This document shows positions 15,082 through 23,186 of a stretch of 34,943 nt of DNA, in pieces. Every line of letters starts with the position of its first letter. Position 1 is the stretch's first letter. The notes beneath the pieces are model-generated. The model ran no database searches and was not told where the DNA came from. It worked only from the letters and a program-made list of their open reading frames with translations. The translations under genes were made by a program, and so were the position numbers. This DNA is from an uncultured virus (IMG/VR IMGVR_UViG_3300046791_000665) (lineage: Duplodnaviria; Heunggongvirae; Uroviricota; Caudoviricetes): IMG/VR virus record IMGVR_UViG_3300046791_000665. One strand, 5' to 3'.

Positions 15082-15165
15082 GGACCGACAACATTTGCAG
15101 AGACGTTTGACCGGCCGTAACCGGTCATCGGTATGAGCGATGTAGTCCCCGCGAGCATTCGGTCC
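15082..15165 (-). ncRNA. Y RNA-like unit 1
   Basis: GGACCGAATGC..GGGACTACA..TGACCGG/CCGGTCA hairpin..GTCTCTGC..TTGTCGGTCC; starts 17 nt after the Ro60 stop. Confidence 0.75.
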
Positions 15166-15182
15166 GAAACTTGTTATCCCTC

Positions 15183-16769
15183 CTAGTCGCCGCCGATCCG
15201 GATCTTCTTGATCTCCCCGATCCAGTGGTCGGCCGAGAGCGCGCCGCTGGCGAAGCGACCTACGACGTCGAACACCGAGTCCGAGAATCCGCCCACGTTC
15301 AGGATGTCGCTCCGCTCCTGCGCCTGGGTCGAGCCGTTCGGCGTGATGTCGATACAGACCAGCCTCGCCTTCGGATTGCGCTGGCGGAACGCGCCCCACT
15401 CCGTCATCGCTGCCGTTCCGCGCCCGTAACGACCGCCGCTGTCGATCCACGACTCGTTGTCCGACACGTAGATCACGAGGTCACCAGCGGCCTTCTGCCG
15501 GTTCAGGAGCGCGAGCGGCGCCGAGCAGTTGGTGCCGCCCCCGCCGATCTTCGACAGCTTCTCCGCGTTCGTCATCACGCTGTCGCGCGGGTTCAGCCGC
15601 ACGTCGACGACGTCGGTCTCGAACGGGATCACGCGCGCCGACGGGTTCTTGCGCATGACCGCCGCCGCCACCAGCGCAGCCACGTCGATGCAGCGCACCT
15701 TCGAAGTGGCGCCCTTGCGCTCGCCGGTCACCGGGCTCGACATCGAGCCCGAAACGTCCGGGAAGACGTAGACCTGCCCGTCGACCGCCGGCACGTTGCC
15801 GACCGCGATCTCCATCGCGTCCTGGAGCGCCTCGCGCACCGCGTGCGGCACGTTCTCCCCCGCGTTCAGGTACGCGGCCAGAAGCTGGTACGGGAACGCC
15901 CGCGCCTTCTCGATCTGCTCCGGATCGCGGAGCCGCGCGGCGATCTCCTCGGTGACCCCCCTCGTCTCCCACACGCCGTGGCGTGTGAAGGTGTTCAGGT
16001 TCATGCGCGTGGCGGTCCACGACGCCCCGCGCGCGAGGCTCACCCACCCGGACGGATCGAGGTCGAGCCCGGTCAAGATCTCGAACGGCAGGCGCGGCAT
16101 CTCCACGCCCACGCCCTTCGCCGCCTTGTACGCCTCGAACTGGCGCACGAGGGCCGGCAGGGCACCCGGAGCGTGCTCCTTGCCGAGGATGTACTTGTAG
16201 AGCGCGTCGCGCTGCCCGGTGCGCGGGCGGTGGTGCACCATCTTGAGCACGTCGGCGAACGACGGCGCCGAGCCGATCGAGTTGCGGAAGAGGAAGTCGT
16301 CGTCGTGCGCGTCGAGCCACGCCCAGATGAGCTTCTTTATCGCCGTGCCGAACGACTTCCGCCCCACCGCGCCCGAGCGCACGATCTGGACGAAGTTGCG
16401 CAGCATCTTGCCCGAGTCGACGACGCGGGCGAAGACCTTCTTCAGGGCGGCCACGCCCTCCGGCCCGCGCGCGGCGAGGTGCGCGCAGAGGAGCGCCGGC
16501 ACGTCCTTCATGTAGCCGTGCTCGCGGGCGTAGACCGCGGTCTGCCCGACGAACTCCACGCCCACCTTCCCGGCGTGCTCGAGGATCGCGGCAAGCTGCT
16601 CCTCCGGCTTCGCGTAGAAGGTGCCGTTCAGGCAACCGGTCACCGCGTACTGCGCGAGCGTGTGCTCGGCGGTGAAGGCGTAGGCCCTGCCGCCCGCCTC
16701 GTTCACGGCGTTGGTCGGCGGCGCGAGCGGTCCCTGGTGCGACGACGGAAACAATCCCTTGTTGGCCAT
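15183..16769 (-). CDS. rsr: Ro60/Rsr ribonucleoprotein (TROVE + vWA domains), 528 aa
   Basis: NEAGG.AY, LAQYAVTGCLNGTFY, MKDVPALL, MLRNFVQIVRSG, R.NLNTF.RHGV, FPYQL, MIDAS DVSGSM, GGGTNCS, VSDNESW, CIDI, GGFSD; GGAGG RBS before ATG 16769. Confidence 0.95.
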   Translation of the reverse strand: MANKGLFPSSHQGPLAPPTNAVNEAGGRAYAFTAEHTLAQYAVTGCLNGTFYAKPEEQLAAILEHAGKVGVEFVGQTAVYAREHGYMKDVPALLCAHLAARGPEGVAALKKVFARVVDSGKMLRNFVQIVRSGAVGRKSFGTAIKKLIWAWLDAHDDDFLFRNSIGSAPSFADVLKMVHHRPRTGQRDALYKYILGKEHAPGALPALVRQFEAYKAAKGVGVEMPRLPFEILTGLDLDPSGWVSLARGASWTATRMNLNTFTRHGVWETRGVTEEIAARLRDPEQIEKARAFPYQLLAAYLNAGENVPHAVREALQDAMEIAVGNVPAVDGQVYVFPDVSGSMSSPVTGERKGATSKVRCIDVAALVAAAVMRKNPSARVIPFETDVVDVRLNPRDSVMTNAEKLSKIGGGGTNCSAPLALLNRQKAAGDLVIYVSDNESWIDSGGRYGRGTAAMTEWGAFRQRNPKARLVCIDITPNGSTQAQERSDILNVGGFSDSVFDVVGRFASGALSADHWIGEIKKIRIGGD

Positions 16770-16799
16770 GGTCTTCTCTTCCTCCCCTCGACGAAATAC

Positions 16800-16829
16800 A
16801 ACGTAGCGCAGGTGTAGCGCACGCGTCAA
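16800..16829 (-). promoter_or_regulatory. Promoter of the Ro60-Y RNA unit with a tandem TGCGCTAC direct repeat
   Basis: TTGACG-18 bp-TACGTT, AT-rich upstream element; GTAGCGCA (plus strand) at 16803-16810 and 16814-16821. Confidence 0.65.
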
Positions 16830-16870
16830 CAAAATTTTTAGAAAAAGTGATTTTGCCGTCGGTGGGGGTT

Positions 16871-17020
16871 TTAGTTTTCGAACGAGGTCGGCGGCGGTCG
16901 CCTGTTCCACGCCGCGAAGAAGATCGCGAGCGCGAGCTTCTCGATCGGACGCCCGTGCGCGAGGCGCGTGAACCGAACTTGATCCTTGTAGATGCAGTGC
17001 TCGGCCGCGGGCTCGCTCAC
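16871..17020 (-). CDS. Small hypothetical protein
   Basis: GTGA-coupled 49-aa ORF. Confidence 0.4.
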   Translation of the reverse strand: MSEPAAEHCIYKDQVRFTRLAHGRPIEKLALAIFFAAWNRRPPPTSFEN

Positions 17021-17796
17021 AGGATCACGTCCCCGAATATTGCCCCGGTCCACGACTTCACCCCGTCCTTGAGGAGCCGAACGCCCAGCGTTATAAAAAG
17101 TGCCGGATCGCTAAACTTCCGGTTCGCGACCTCGTAAATCTTCGTAAAGTTCTGTGACACTAGCTCGGTGAGAACAATTTCTTCGTCGCCGATCCGCATC
17201 GACGCGATCTCCGTCGTGTTTTTGCAAGTCTTGTCATCATCCAGAAATCCAATCGAATGTATTTTTTGGGGCTCGAAGAGGACGCAGGGCTGGCTCTGAA
17301 CATAGATCACGTCCCCCACCTTCGCATCCGGCGGCAGGGTGTGAGAGTTTTTGGTGAGCATCAGCCCGATTCGCCACTGTCTCCTCTCCGGCTCGCGCTT
17401 CTTGATCGGGTGCCTGCGCAGCGCGCTGCGCAGCAGCGCTTCGAGATACTCCTCGTTGCTCTTCGTCTCCCACCTGCCGCTGACGAACTCGGTCGCGCCG
17501 CGCTGCGGATGCTCCCACATGACCGGGCGCCAGCCCTCCGCCGAGCGCTTCTCGTAATCCGCCAGCATGGACGCCTGCAGCCCCACGCCTACATTCAGAC
17601 CCTGCAGCGTCTCCGCCTTCGTGCGGGGGCACCACTCCGAGTGCTTCGGCGAGCCCACCGCCTGCGACCCGCACTCGCACGCGGCCCGCGACGGGCGCTC
17701 CCACCTCGAGACCCACCAGCCGCTCGCGATGAGCGCGTCGTAGTTCGCGGGGGCGCCGCTGGCATCATCTCCGGGCGCGATCGGCAAGGGCTTCAT
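17017..17796 (-). CDS. Hypothetical protein (contains CECG...HSEWCP zinc-binding motif)
   Basis: 259-aa ORF, ATGA overlap. Confidence 0.65.
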   Translation of the reverse strand: MKPLPIAPGDDASGAPANYDALIASGWWVSRWERPSRAACECGSQAVGSPKHSEWCPRTKAETLQGLNVGVGLQASMLADYEKRSAEGWRPVMWEHPQRGATEFVSGRWETKSNEEYLEALLRSALRRHPIKKREPERRQWRIGLMLTKNSHTLPPDAKVGDVIYVQSQPCVLFEPQKIHSIGFLDDDKTCKNTTEIASMRIGDEEIVLTELVSQNFTKIYEVANRKFSDPALFITLGVRLLKDGVKSWTGAIFGDVIL

Positions 17797-18278
17797 CCCC
17801 CGAGCCTACCACCCGGCGGCACCCGGTCCAAGAACTCGCTGAACGAGGGGTTCGTGAGTGCGTTCTTCCGACGCCTGCGCACGTGCGCCGCCGCCTCCCT
17901 GCCCGACATCCCGTAGCGCCCGACGAGCGCCAGGGCGGAGACGAGCCCGCTCCGATTCCGCCCCATCGCGCAGGTCGAGAGAACGCGCTTCCCCGCGCGC
18001 AGCGCCTCGATCACTCGATTCGCGGCCCAGGTCGCCACCTCGATCTCTTCGGGGGAGACGTCGATGTCATCCTCATCGCGGAGGGGCGCGCAGATGACCT
18101 CGACATCCTCTGGGAAGGTGTCCGCGTCGGCGATACCGTCCGGCTGAAGCTCGACGGCGCAGAGTACGATCGCGTCGAATTTCCCGCGGAGCCCGGCGGG
18201 GTCGATCGGAAAGCCACCCTGCCAGAGCTTGGGCGCGATGCGGGAGGCGATTCCGCTGCCAAAGGCGCCGCGGATCAT
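17793..18278 (-). CDS. Dual-specificity/PTP-family phosphatase
   Basis: RIAPKLWQGG, CAPLRD, active-site loop TCAMGRNRSG, VRRRR..AL.NPSF. Confidence 0.85.
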   Translation of the reverse strand: MIRGAFGSGIASRIAPKLWQGGFPIDPAGLRGKFDAIVLCAVELQPDGIADADTFPEDVEVICAPLRDEDDIDVSPEEIEVATWAANRVIEALRAGKRVLSTCAMGRNRSGLVSALALVGRYGMSGREAAAHVRRRRKNALTNPSFSEFLDRVPPGGRLGG

Positions 18279-18586
18279 TCTTTTTCTCGCCCGCAAGTAC
18301 CGCACAGGAGCCCGCGGCGGAACTTGCCCGGATCGATGAACATGGGTACCGTCCCGGAAAGCCCGCAGTCGTCGCACCCGCCCTCGGCCCGGGGCTTCTT
18401 CGCTGCGATGTCGACGAGGGCCTCGCCGCAGTGGTGGCAGGTTGCGGGCATCGGCTCGCCGACGGGGTAGGGGTTGAACGTGCGGCAGGCGGCGCAGATC
18501 GCGATGTGCAGCCCGAGCGTGTTCTCCGGCGTGTTGCGAGTAAACCGCCCGCCCCCGCGACGAGCCTGAAAGCGCTTGTGCCTCAT
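18275..18586 (-). CDS. Multi-CxxC zinc-finger protein
   Basis: CAAC, CHHC, CDDC, CGTC motifs. Confidence 0.65.
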   Translation of the reverse strand: MRHKRFQARRGGGRFTRNTPENTLGLHIAICAACRTFNPYPVGEPMPATCHHCGEALVDIAAKKPRAEGGCDDCGLSGTVPMFIDPGKFRRGLLCGTCGREKE

Positions 18587-18831
18587 CGCTCTACCAGATA
18601 GCTCTCGTTCGCGTAGATGTTCGGCACGGCGATGCCGTAGCTCCCGTCGGAGAATCGAAACACGCGCCATCGCGGATTCTTCTCGAAGAGGTTCACGAGA
18701 ACTTCTCGCGCCACCTCCTCGATTTCCACAGGATGCCTGCGAAGAGGCTCGAGCGACTCGTAGCGGTGGAGGACGCGAGTCGCTCCCGCGATGATTTTTC
18801 GAGCCTCTCGGCGCGGGATCCGATCCATCAC
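18583..18831 (-). CDS. Hypothetical protein
   Basis: GTG/ATG start coupled to the upstream stop. Confidence 0.55.
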   Translation of the reverse strand: MMDRIPRREARKIIAGATRVLHRYESLEPLRRHPVEIEEVAREVLVNLFEKNPRWRVFRFSDGSYGIAVPNIYANESYLVER

Positions 18832-19121
18832 GGAGATCCTACCACGCCGGAACCGATCTTTCGCCACGCCCCGTCGCGGTAGGTGGCGCGCCCCCGAATG
18901 TCGAGCCACGCGAGCGCGTGCCGGAGCCGAAACTGATTCAGCCGCTGCTCCCGGGCCCAGGCTCGGAGCGCTGTCCAATCGCGGGGATAGCGGAGGAAAC
19001 TGAGCACTTCTCTCGCCGTGCCGTCCCAAGAGAGATCGGAAACGGGCGGGATCCGATCGTTGTCGGGGATCGGCTCGACCCACGGCGGCGGCTCTGAGGC
19101 GGGGAGGAGGAGGAGAGGCAT
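18828..19121 (-). CDS. Hypothetical protein, possibly winged-helix-like
   Basis: REVLSFLRYPRDWTAL...LRHALAWLDIRGRATYRDGAW. Confidence 0.55.
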   Translation of the reverse strand: MPLLLLPASEPPPWVEPIPDNDRIPPVSDLSWDGTAREVLSFLRYPRDWTALRAWAREQRLNQFRLRHALAWLDIRGRATYRDGAWRKIGSGVVGSP

Positions 19122-19123
19122 TT

Positions 19124-19429
19124 TTACAACTCCGGCCACCGCCTGTGCGGCGATCTCGGGGTCACGACGTGCAGCGCGCCCCTCTTGACCGGCAGCCCCC
19201 TGCTCCACTCGGCGTACCCGATCGTGGGGTCGTATTCCGCGCCGCGCACCCGGACGGTCCAGTGCCCGCTCTCGTGCGACGGTTCGTCTCGGCACACGAG
19301 CGCGGCGCGGATCCCGACCCGGCGCAGGCGGTCGCGCACGTCCTCGCACACGTCAAGGCAGTGCCCGTCGAGGGGTCCGCTGATCTTGGCGAGGGCGGCG
19401 GCGCAGGCGGTGCGGACGTGCACGTTCAC
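19124..19429 (-). CDS. Small transglutaminase/papain-like protein (Cys-His-Asp)
   Basis: GHCLDVC...GHWTVRV..AEYDPTIG spacing fits a C-H-D triad. Confidence 0.55.
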   Translation of the reverse strand: MNVHVRTACAAALAKISGPLDGHCLDVCEDVRDRLRRVGIRAALVCRDEPSHESGHWTVRVRGAEYDPTIGYAEWSRGLPVKRGALHVVTPRSPHRRWPEL

Positions 19430-19794
19430 GAGCGCCTCGCACGCACCGGCACGAACGCCGCAATCAGGCGGTCGCCAACGCACTGCGCCGCGCGCACGCG
19501 GTGGTTGCCGTCCCATACGGTCCACTTGCGCCCGCCACCCCACGGTCGACGAATGAGAATCGGTGGGAAGGCCGAGCCCCTGCGACGTTCAGAGACGTAC
19601 TCAGCAATAGGAAAACTGTCGCAACTTTTTCGCGCGTGGTTGCTCCTGAGTTTTGCAACCGGTACTTGCACTAAACGCCAGTGCGCGCTGTAACTCTCGA
19701 TCTGCGGACCCCAGAACTCGAGCCCCATGCCGCGACTGTGCTGGTGCGCGACGACGCTGTCCGCAACCTCAGCGGCAGTCCAGAGGCGTTTCAC
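19426..19794 (-). CDS. ParB/Sulfiredoxin-like domain protein
   Basis: FPPILI...VWDGNHRVRAA...G...I.AFV. Confidence 0.75.
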   Translation of the reverse strand: MKRLWTAAEVADSVVAHQHSRGMGLEFWGPQIESYSAHWRLVQVPVAKLRSNHARKSCDSFPIAEYVSERRRGSAFPPILIRRPWGGGRKWTVWDGNHRVRAAQCVGDRLIAAFVPVRARRS

Positions 19795-20213
19795 GGCAAC
19801 TCCCTCTCTACCCTCTTCACGTTCACCCTCTTCGGACGCTCCGCAACCAGCTTCTCCCGGAACGCGACCTCGTGTGCCGTCGCGATGTCGTGCGCCTGCT
19901 CGTACGTCATCCCCTCGCGCTTCATGAACTCGCACTCGATATACTCGTGGAGCAGGGTCGCGGTCGCGTCGAGGGGCCCGAGGCAGTCGTCGATCCAGAT
20001 CTCGTTCTTCGCGCAGTAGGCGTACCGGGCGTCAGATCCGCCGCAGGTAAAGTCGCAGTGCAACTCGTTGCGCACGCGCTCCCCGTCGACCAGCCAGACA
20101 ATGTGCCCGCGTAGCCTGCCGAGTCGGCGGCGCCGGATCCCCTTCGGCACGTGCACCGTATGGTCACGGTCCGCGGCGTGCTCGAGGGAGAGGGAAGCGT
20201 CAGTTGTGTCCAC
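19791..20213 (-). CDS. Putative zincin-like metal-binding protein
   Basis: WLVDGERVR..DFT.GG...EIWID...LLHEYIE...YEQAH.IA..E; GGAGG RBS. Confidence 0.65.
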   Translation of the reverse strand: MDTTDASLSLEHAADRDHTVHVPKGIRRRRLGRLRGHIVWLVDGERVRNELHCDFTCGGSDARYAYCAKNEIWIDDCLGPLDATATLLHEYIECEFMKREGMTYEQAHDIATAHEVAFREKLVAERPKRVNVKRVERELP

Positions 20214-20215
20214 GA

Positions 20216-20383
20216 TTACCTCCCCGCAGCATTCTCGATCGCAGCGCTCGCCGCTAACTCCCACGCCTCTCGGATCCGCGCCCCGAGTCCCTCCCAGATC
20301 GGAAGGTGCTCCTCGGCGTCTGCGACGGGCCCATTGAGCGCCTTACAAAACGCCTCATAGGCGATGTGCCCGATAGTTTTCAC
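20216..20383 (-). CDS. Small phage protein (55 aa)
   Basis: MKTIGHIAYEAFCKALNG...LPIWEGLGARIREAWELAASAA; fills the gap, not in the ORF track. Confidence 0.6.
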   Translation of the reverse strand: MKTIGHIAYEAFCKALNGPVADAEEHLPIWEGLGARIREAWELAASAAIENAAGR

Positions 20384-20707
20384 CTACCCCCTCACCCTCT
20401 TCACCACGAATCCGGGCTGCGCACCCCCGCCCAACTGCACCGACTGCCCGGGCCGGAGCTTCAGCACTTCCTCCTTCACCCACTCGTCCTCGGCGTTGTC
20501 GCGGAGAAAGCTAGCGAGGGTAGTCTTGAAGGGGCGCTCGCCCTCAGGAGTGACGAGGAGATGTCCTGGCCAGTATTCGGTGTAACAATCGAGACACGTA
20601 TAGCTCCCGTCTCGCATCTTGGTGGCGAAGTCACCACCACACTGCGGGCACTCAGCATCCGGTGCCTTCGCCTTCTGCACCTCGATCATCTTCGATGTGT
20701 GTCTCAC
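20384..20707 (-). CDS. Zinc-ribbon hypothetical protein
   Basis: CPQCGG...CLDC; C-terminal L.PGQ....GGGA. Confidence 0.65.
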   Translation of the reverse strand: MRHTSKMIEVQKAKAPDAECPQCGGDFATKMRDGSYTCLDCYTEYWPGHLLVTPEGERPFKTTLASFLRDNAEDEWVKEEVLKLRPGQSVQLGGGAQPGFVVKRVRG

Positions 20708-20709
20708 CG

Positions 20710-20883
20710 TTATCTTCCTTTCTTCCTCTCGATCTTCGTCATCACCGCGAATCGACGCTGCCCCCGAACCCGAATCGGCCGGATGAAGCTGCCCGGGGTC
20801 TCGGCCTCGCGCTCGACCGCGTCAGACTTCAGGACGAAGGCGCCGTGGAAGTCGAAGATCCTCTTGCGACTGCGGCGTGCCAT
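20710..20883 (-). CDS. Small basic protein (57 aa)
   Basis: MARRSRKRIFDFHGAFVLKSDAVEREAETPGSFIRPIRVRGQRRFAVMTKIERKKGR*. Confidence 0.6.
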   Translation of the reverse strand: MARRSRKRIFDFHGAFVLKSDAVEREAETPGSFIRPIRVRGQRRFAVMTKIERKKGR

Positions 20884-21216
20884 TTACCACTCGCTCGTGT
20901 CGTCGCCCTCGTCATCGACGCTGTGCTGCTCCTTGACCGCATCGAGCGCTTCCTTCTCGGTCTTGTAGGGGCCCTGCCAATCGGTCGAATCCATGTAGCC
21001 CGGCGCCGACAGGCGGCTGAACCAGCCCCTCACCTTCTTGATCGAACCTGTAACGCGACTGCCCTCGCAGTACTTCAGGATCGCGTCTTTCTTCGGGCGC
21101 CCACTCGCACCAAAGTCGCTCGCCACCATCACGTCGACTGGCACGGTCTCGGTGTGCGAATTCGTCTCGACCTCGTAGACGGTCATGTGCTCGGCAATCG
21201 GTCTCATGAAGCCCAT
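20884..21216 (-). CDS. Hypothetical phage protein
   Basis: GWFSRLSAPGYMDSTDWQGPYKTEKEA; GAGGAG RBS. Confidence 0.7.
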   Translation of the reverse strand: MGFMRPIAEHMTVYEVETNSHTETVPVDVMVASDFGASGRPKKDAILKYCEGSRVTGSIKKVRGWFSRLSAPGYMDSTDWQGPYKTEKEALDAVKEQHSVDDEGDDTSEW

Positions 21217-21273
21217 TTTTTCGATCTCCTCTTTCTGCTCGTATCCGCTGGTGAACTGGTAGCGCTTCGGGCG

Positions 21274-21672
21274 TTACAACAGCCCCTTCTCCCTCGCCTC
21301 TTCCACCGCGGCGACGAGATCCTGGTAGTTGAACTTCTTCGCGGCCCTCACCACCTTCTCCGCTCCGCGCCCGCGCTTCAGCGCCTCGCGCCCCGTCGCG
21401 TCGCCCATGACCATCGACACGAATTCTTCCGGGTCGGCGTTCGCTGAAAGAAGCTCGTCGATGACCATCGCCGAGACACCGCTGCAGTCGTGCTTGGCCG
21501 ACTGGTAGTCGTGGATCGAGCCCCACGCCTTGGTCGAGTAGCGAGCGCTGCCGGCCGAGACCGACACCTTGTAGGCGAACACCGTCTGCTCGGGCTGGTG
21601 GATCCGCCCGGACCATGGCGACTGCTCCGGACCGACCACCCTGCACTTGATCTTCAATTTCCCGAACTGCAT
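21274..21672 (-). CDS. Hypothetical protein
   Basis: 132-aa ORF, AGGAG RBS. Confidence 0.7.
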   Translation of the reverse strand: MQFGKLKIKCRVVGPEQSPWSGRIHQPEQTVFAYKVSVSAGSARYSTKAWGSIHDYQSAKHDCSGVSAMVIDELLSANADPEEFVSMVMGDATGREALKRGRGAEKVVRAAKKFNYQDLVAAVEEAREKGLL

Positions 21673-21686
21673 GTCCGCTCTCCTCC

Positions 21687-21872
21687 TTAGCCTTCCGTGA
21701 GCACGAGCGTGCCTGACTGGAGTCCGAACTCCCAGTCGACGATGTCGGGGCCCGTGAGCCCCGGCACGTTGATCTGGATCAGCGAGCCCGTGATCACGAT
21801 CCCCGGCAGCGTGAGGCCGTCGGGAATGAAGATGTCGCTGACTCCGGCGATGTGGAACTTGGTGGATCCCAT
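21687..21872 (-). CDS. Small protein sharing its N-terminus with 22307..22783
   Basis: MGSTKFHIAGVSDIFIPD; GAGGAG RBS. Confidence 0.7.
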   Translation of the reverse strand: MGSTKFHIAGVSDIFIPDGLTLPGIVITGSLIQINVPGLTGPDIVDWEFGLQSGTLVLTEG

Positions 21873-21915
21873 GGGTGTGCGCTCCTCGGTTTTTGTTTTT
21901 TCAGTCCCAGTACGC

Positions 21916-22302
21916 TTAGTCGCTCTTCTCCGCGCTCTCGATCGCCCGATCGACCGCCCTGTCGAGCGCCTTCTTCTCCGCCGCCGTGAGCTTCTTCCAG
22001 CCCTCGATCGCCATGCGCTGCGGGCAGCGCCACTCGAGCGCGCCGATGGTGTGCGTCAGCCACGCGCGACGGTTCATGCGCTTGTGCTTGAGCACTTCCT
22101 TCGCCGCCTGCATCGCCCCGTAGCCGTAGTTGCCATCGAGGAGCCAACCGATGCGCTCGGCGACGAGATCCGGCTGCTCGCGCATGATCTCGGTGAATAA
22201 GGCGCACGACTCCTTGCGATCGGAGAGGGAAGCGCGATCGACCGCGGTCAAATCGCTGTGGAAGATCTGGCGCTCGCGCTGCTCGTATGCGTGGTCGCTC
22301 AT
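21916..22302 (-). CDS. Hypothetical protein
   Basis: 128-aa ORF, GGAGGAG RBS. Confidence 0.7.
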   Translation of the reverse strand: MSDHAYEQRERQIFHSDLTAVDRASLSDRKESCALFTEIMREQPDLVAERIGWLLDGNYGYGAMQAAKEVLKHKRMNRRAWLTHTIGALEWRCPQRMAIEGWKKLTAAEKKALDRAVDRAIESAEKSD

Positions 22303-22306
22303 CTTT

Positions 22307-22783
22307 TTAGACTCCTCCGAGTGACGTGTGCACGAAGACTCCCGACCCGTTCACGTTGAACGTGAGACCGAAGCACGCCGCCGGGAACGTGATCGTGTAG
22401 AGGATGCTGTTACCATTCACGCTCGACACCGCGCTGATCCCCGCGTAGATCCCGTCCGACCCGGCTGTGAGCACGGTCGCCGAATCGGCGTACTGCTGCG
22501 TAGGGGCAGCCGCCGCGCTGGTCTTCTTCCACAGCGCGGGAAACGGCGTTGGTCCGAAACGCCCAGCCTCGGCGTTGCCGCTGCTCGTGCAGACGACCGC
22601 GAAGATGAAGCCGTTCAGGGTCGCGGCGTCGTCCGGTCCGAGCGTCACGTACGGCTCGAGCACCAGATCGGCGAACCCCACGTCCGGGGTGAAGCCGATC
22701 GCACCCATGACAGCGGCGCCGGGCTGCACGTCCGGGATGTAGATGTCGCTGACGCCTGCGATGTGGTACTTTGTGGAACTCAT
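22307..22783 (-). CDS. Beta-rich protein sharing its N-terminus with 21687..21872
   Basis: MSSTKYHIAGVSDIYIPD; AAGGAG RBS. Confidence 0.7.
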   Translation of the reverse strand: MSSTKYHIAGVSDIYIPDVQPGAAVMGAIGFTPDVGFADLVLEPYVTLGPDDAATLNGFIFAVVCTSSGNAEAGRFGPTPFPALWKKTSAAAAPTQQYADSATVLTAGSDGIYAGISAVSSVNGNSILYTITFPAACFGLTFNVNGSGVFVHTSLGGV

Positions 22784-22805
22784 GTTGGTGTTCTCCTTTT
22801 CCTTT

Positions 22806-23177
22806 TTAATAATCTGCGCAACTCGCGCAGCGCTCGGCTTCGCCCGCTGCGAGCACAGGTCTCCTGATGAGACGACCGCACTTCACGCAGCTTTTGCTGC
22901 GCCCGTCTCGACGCGTCGTGAACCTCAGACCGTCTCCCGAGAACCAGAGCGCTCCACCTGCCATGTTCTTCGACTTTGAGACCAGATAGGCCACCTCTCC
23001 CGGAGCCGACTCGCCGTCCTTGTCGACCCAGTAGTACCCGCCCCGCTTGTCGTAGCCGATGACGTAGGCGTACTGCCCCGGCTTGAAGTATCGTGCTCCA
23101 CTGCCGACGACGATCTGCACCCGCCGCGGTGGCGACACAGTGTCGAACGACTTTCTCGTACTGATCTTGGGCATCAT
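22806..23177 (-). CDS. Hypothetical protein with a C-terminal zinc finger
   Basis: CVKCGRLI...RCASC (DksA/TraR-type spacing). Confidence 0.65.
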   Translation of the reverse strand: MMPKISTRKSFDTVSPPRRVQIVVGSGARYFKPGQYAYVIGYDKRGGYYWVDKDGESAPGEVAYLVSKSKNMAGGALWFSGDGLRFTTRRDGRSKSCVKCGRLIRRPVLAAGEAERCASCADY

Positions 23178-23186
23178 CTTTCTCCT

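Noticed and set aside
14621..15165. CRISPR array interpretation of the repeated GACAA...TGTAGTCC...GCATTC units
   Set aside because: Repeats are split and covary as RNA stems, inserts vary from about 8 to 75 nt, there are no cas genes, and the adjacent Ro60 explains the units as Y RNAs
15171..16817. Long plus-strand ORFs (e.g. 15171-16817, 30233-32221, 5833-6777, 1326-2315)
   Set aside because: Antisense shadows of real minus-strand genes in high-GC DNA; no recognisable motifs
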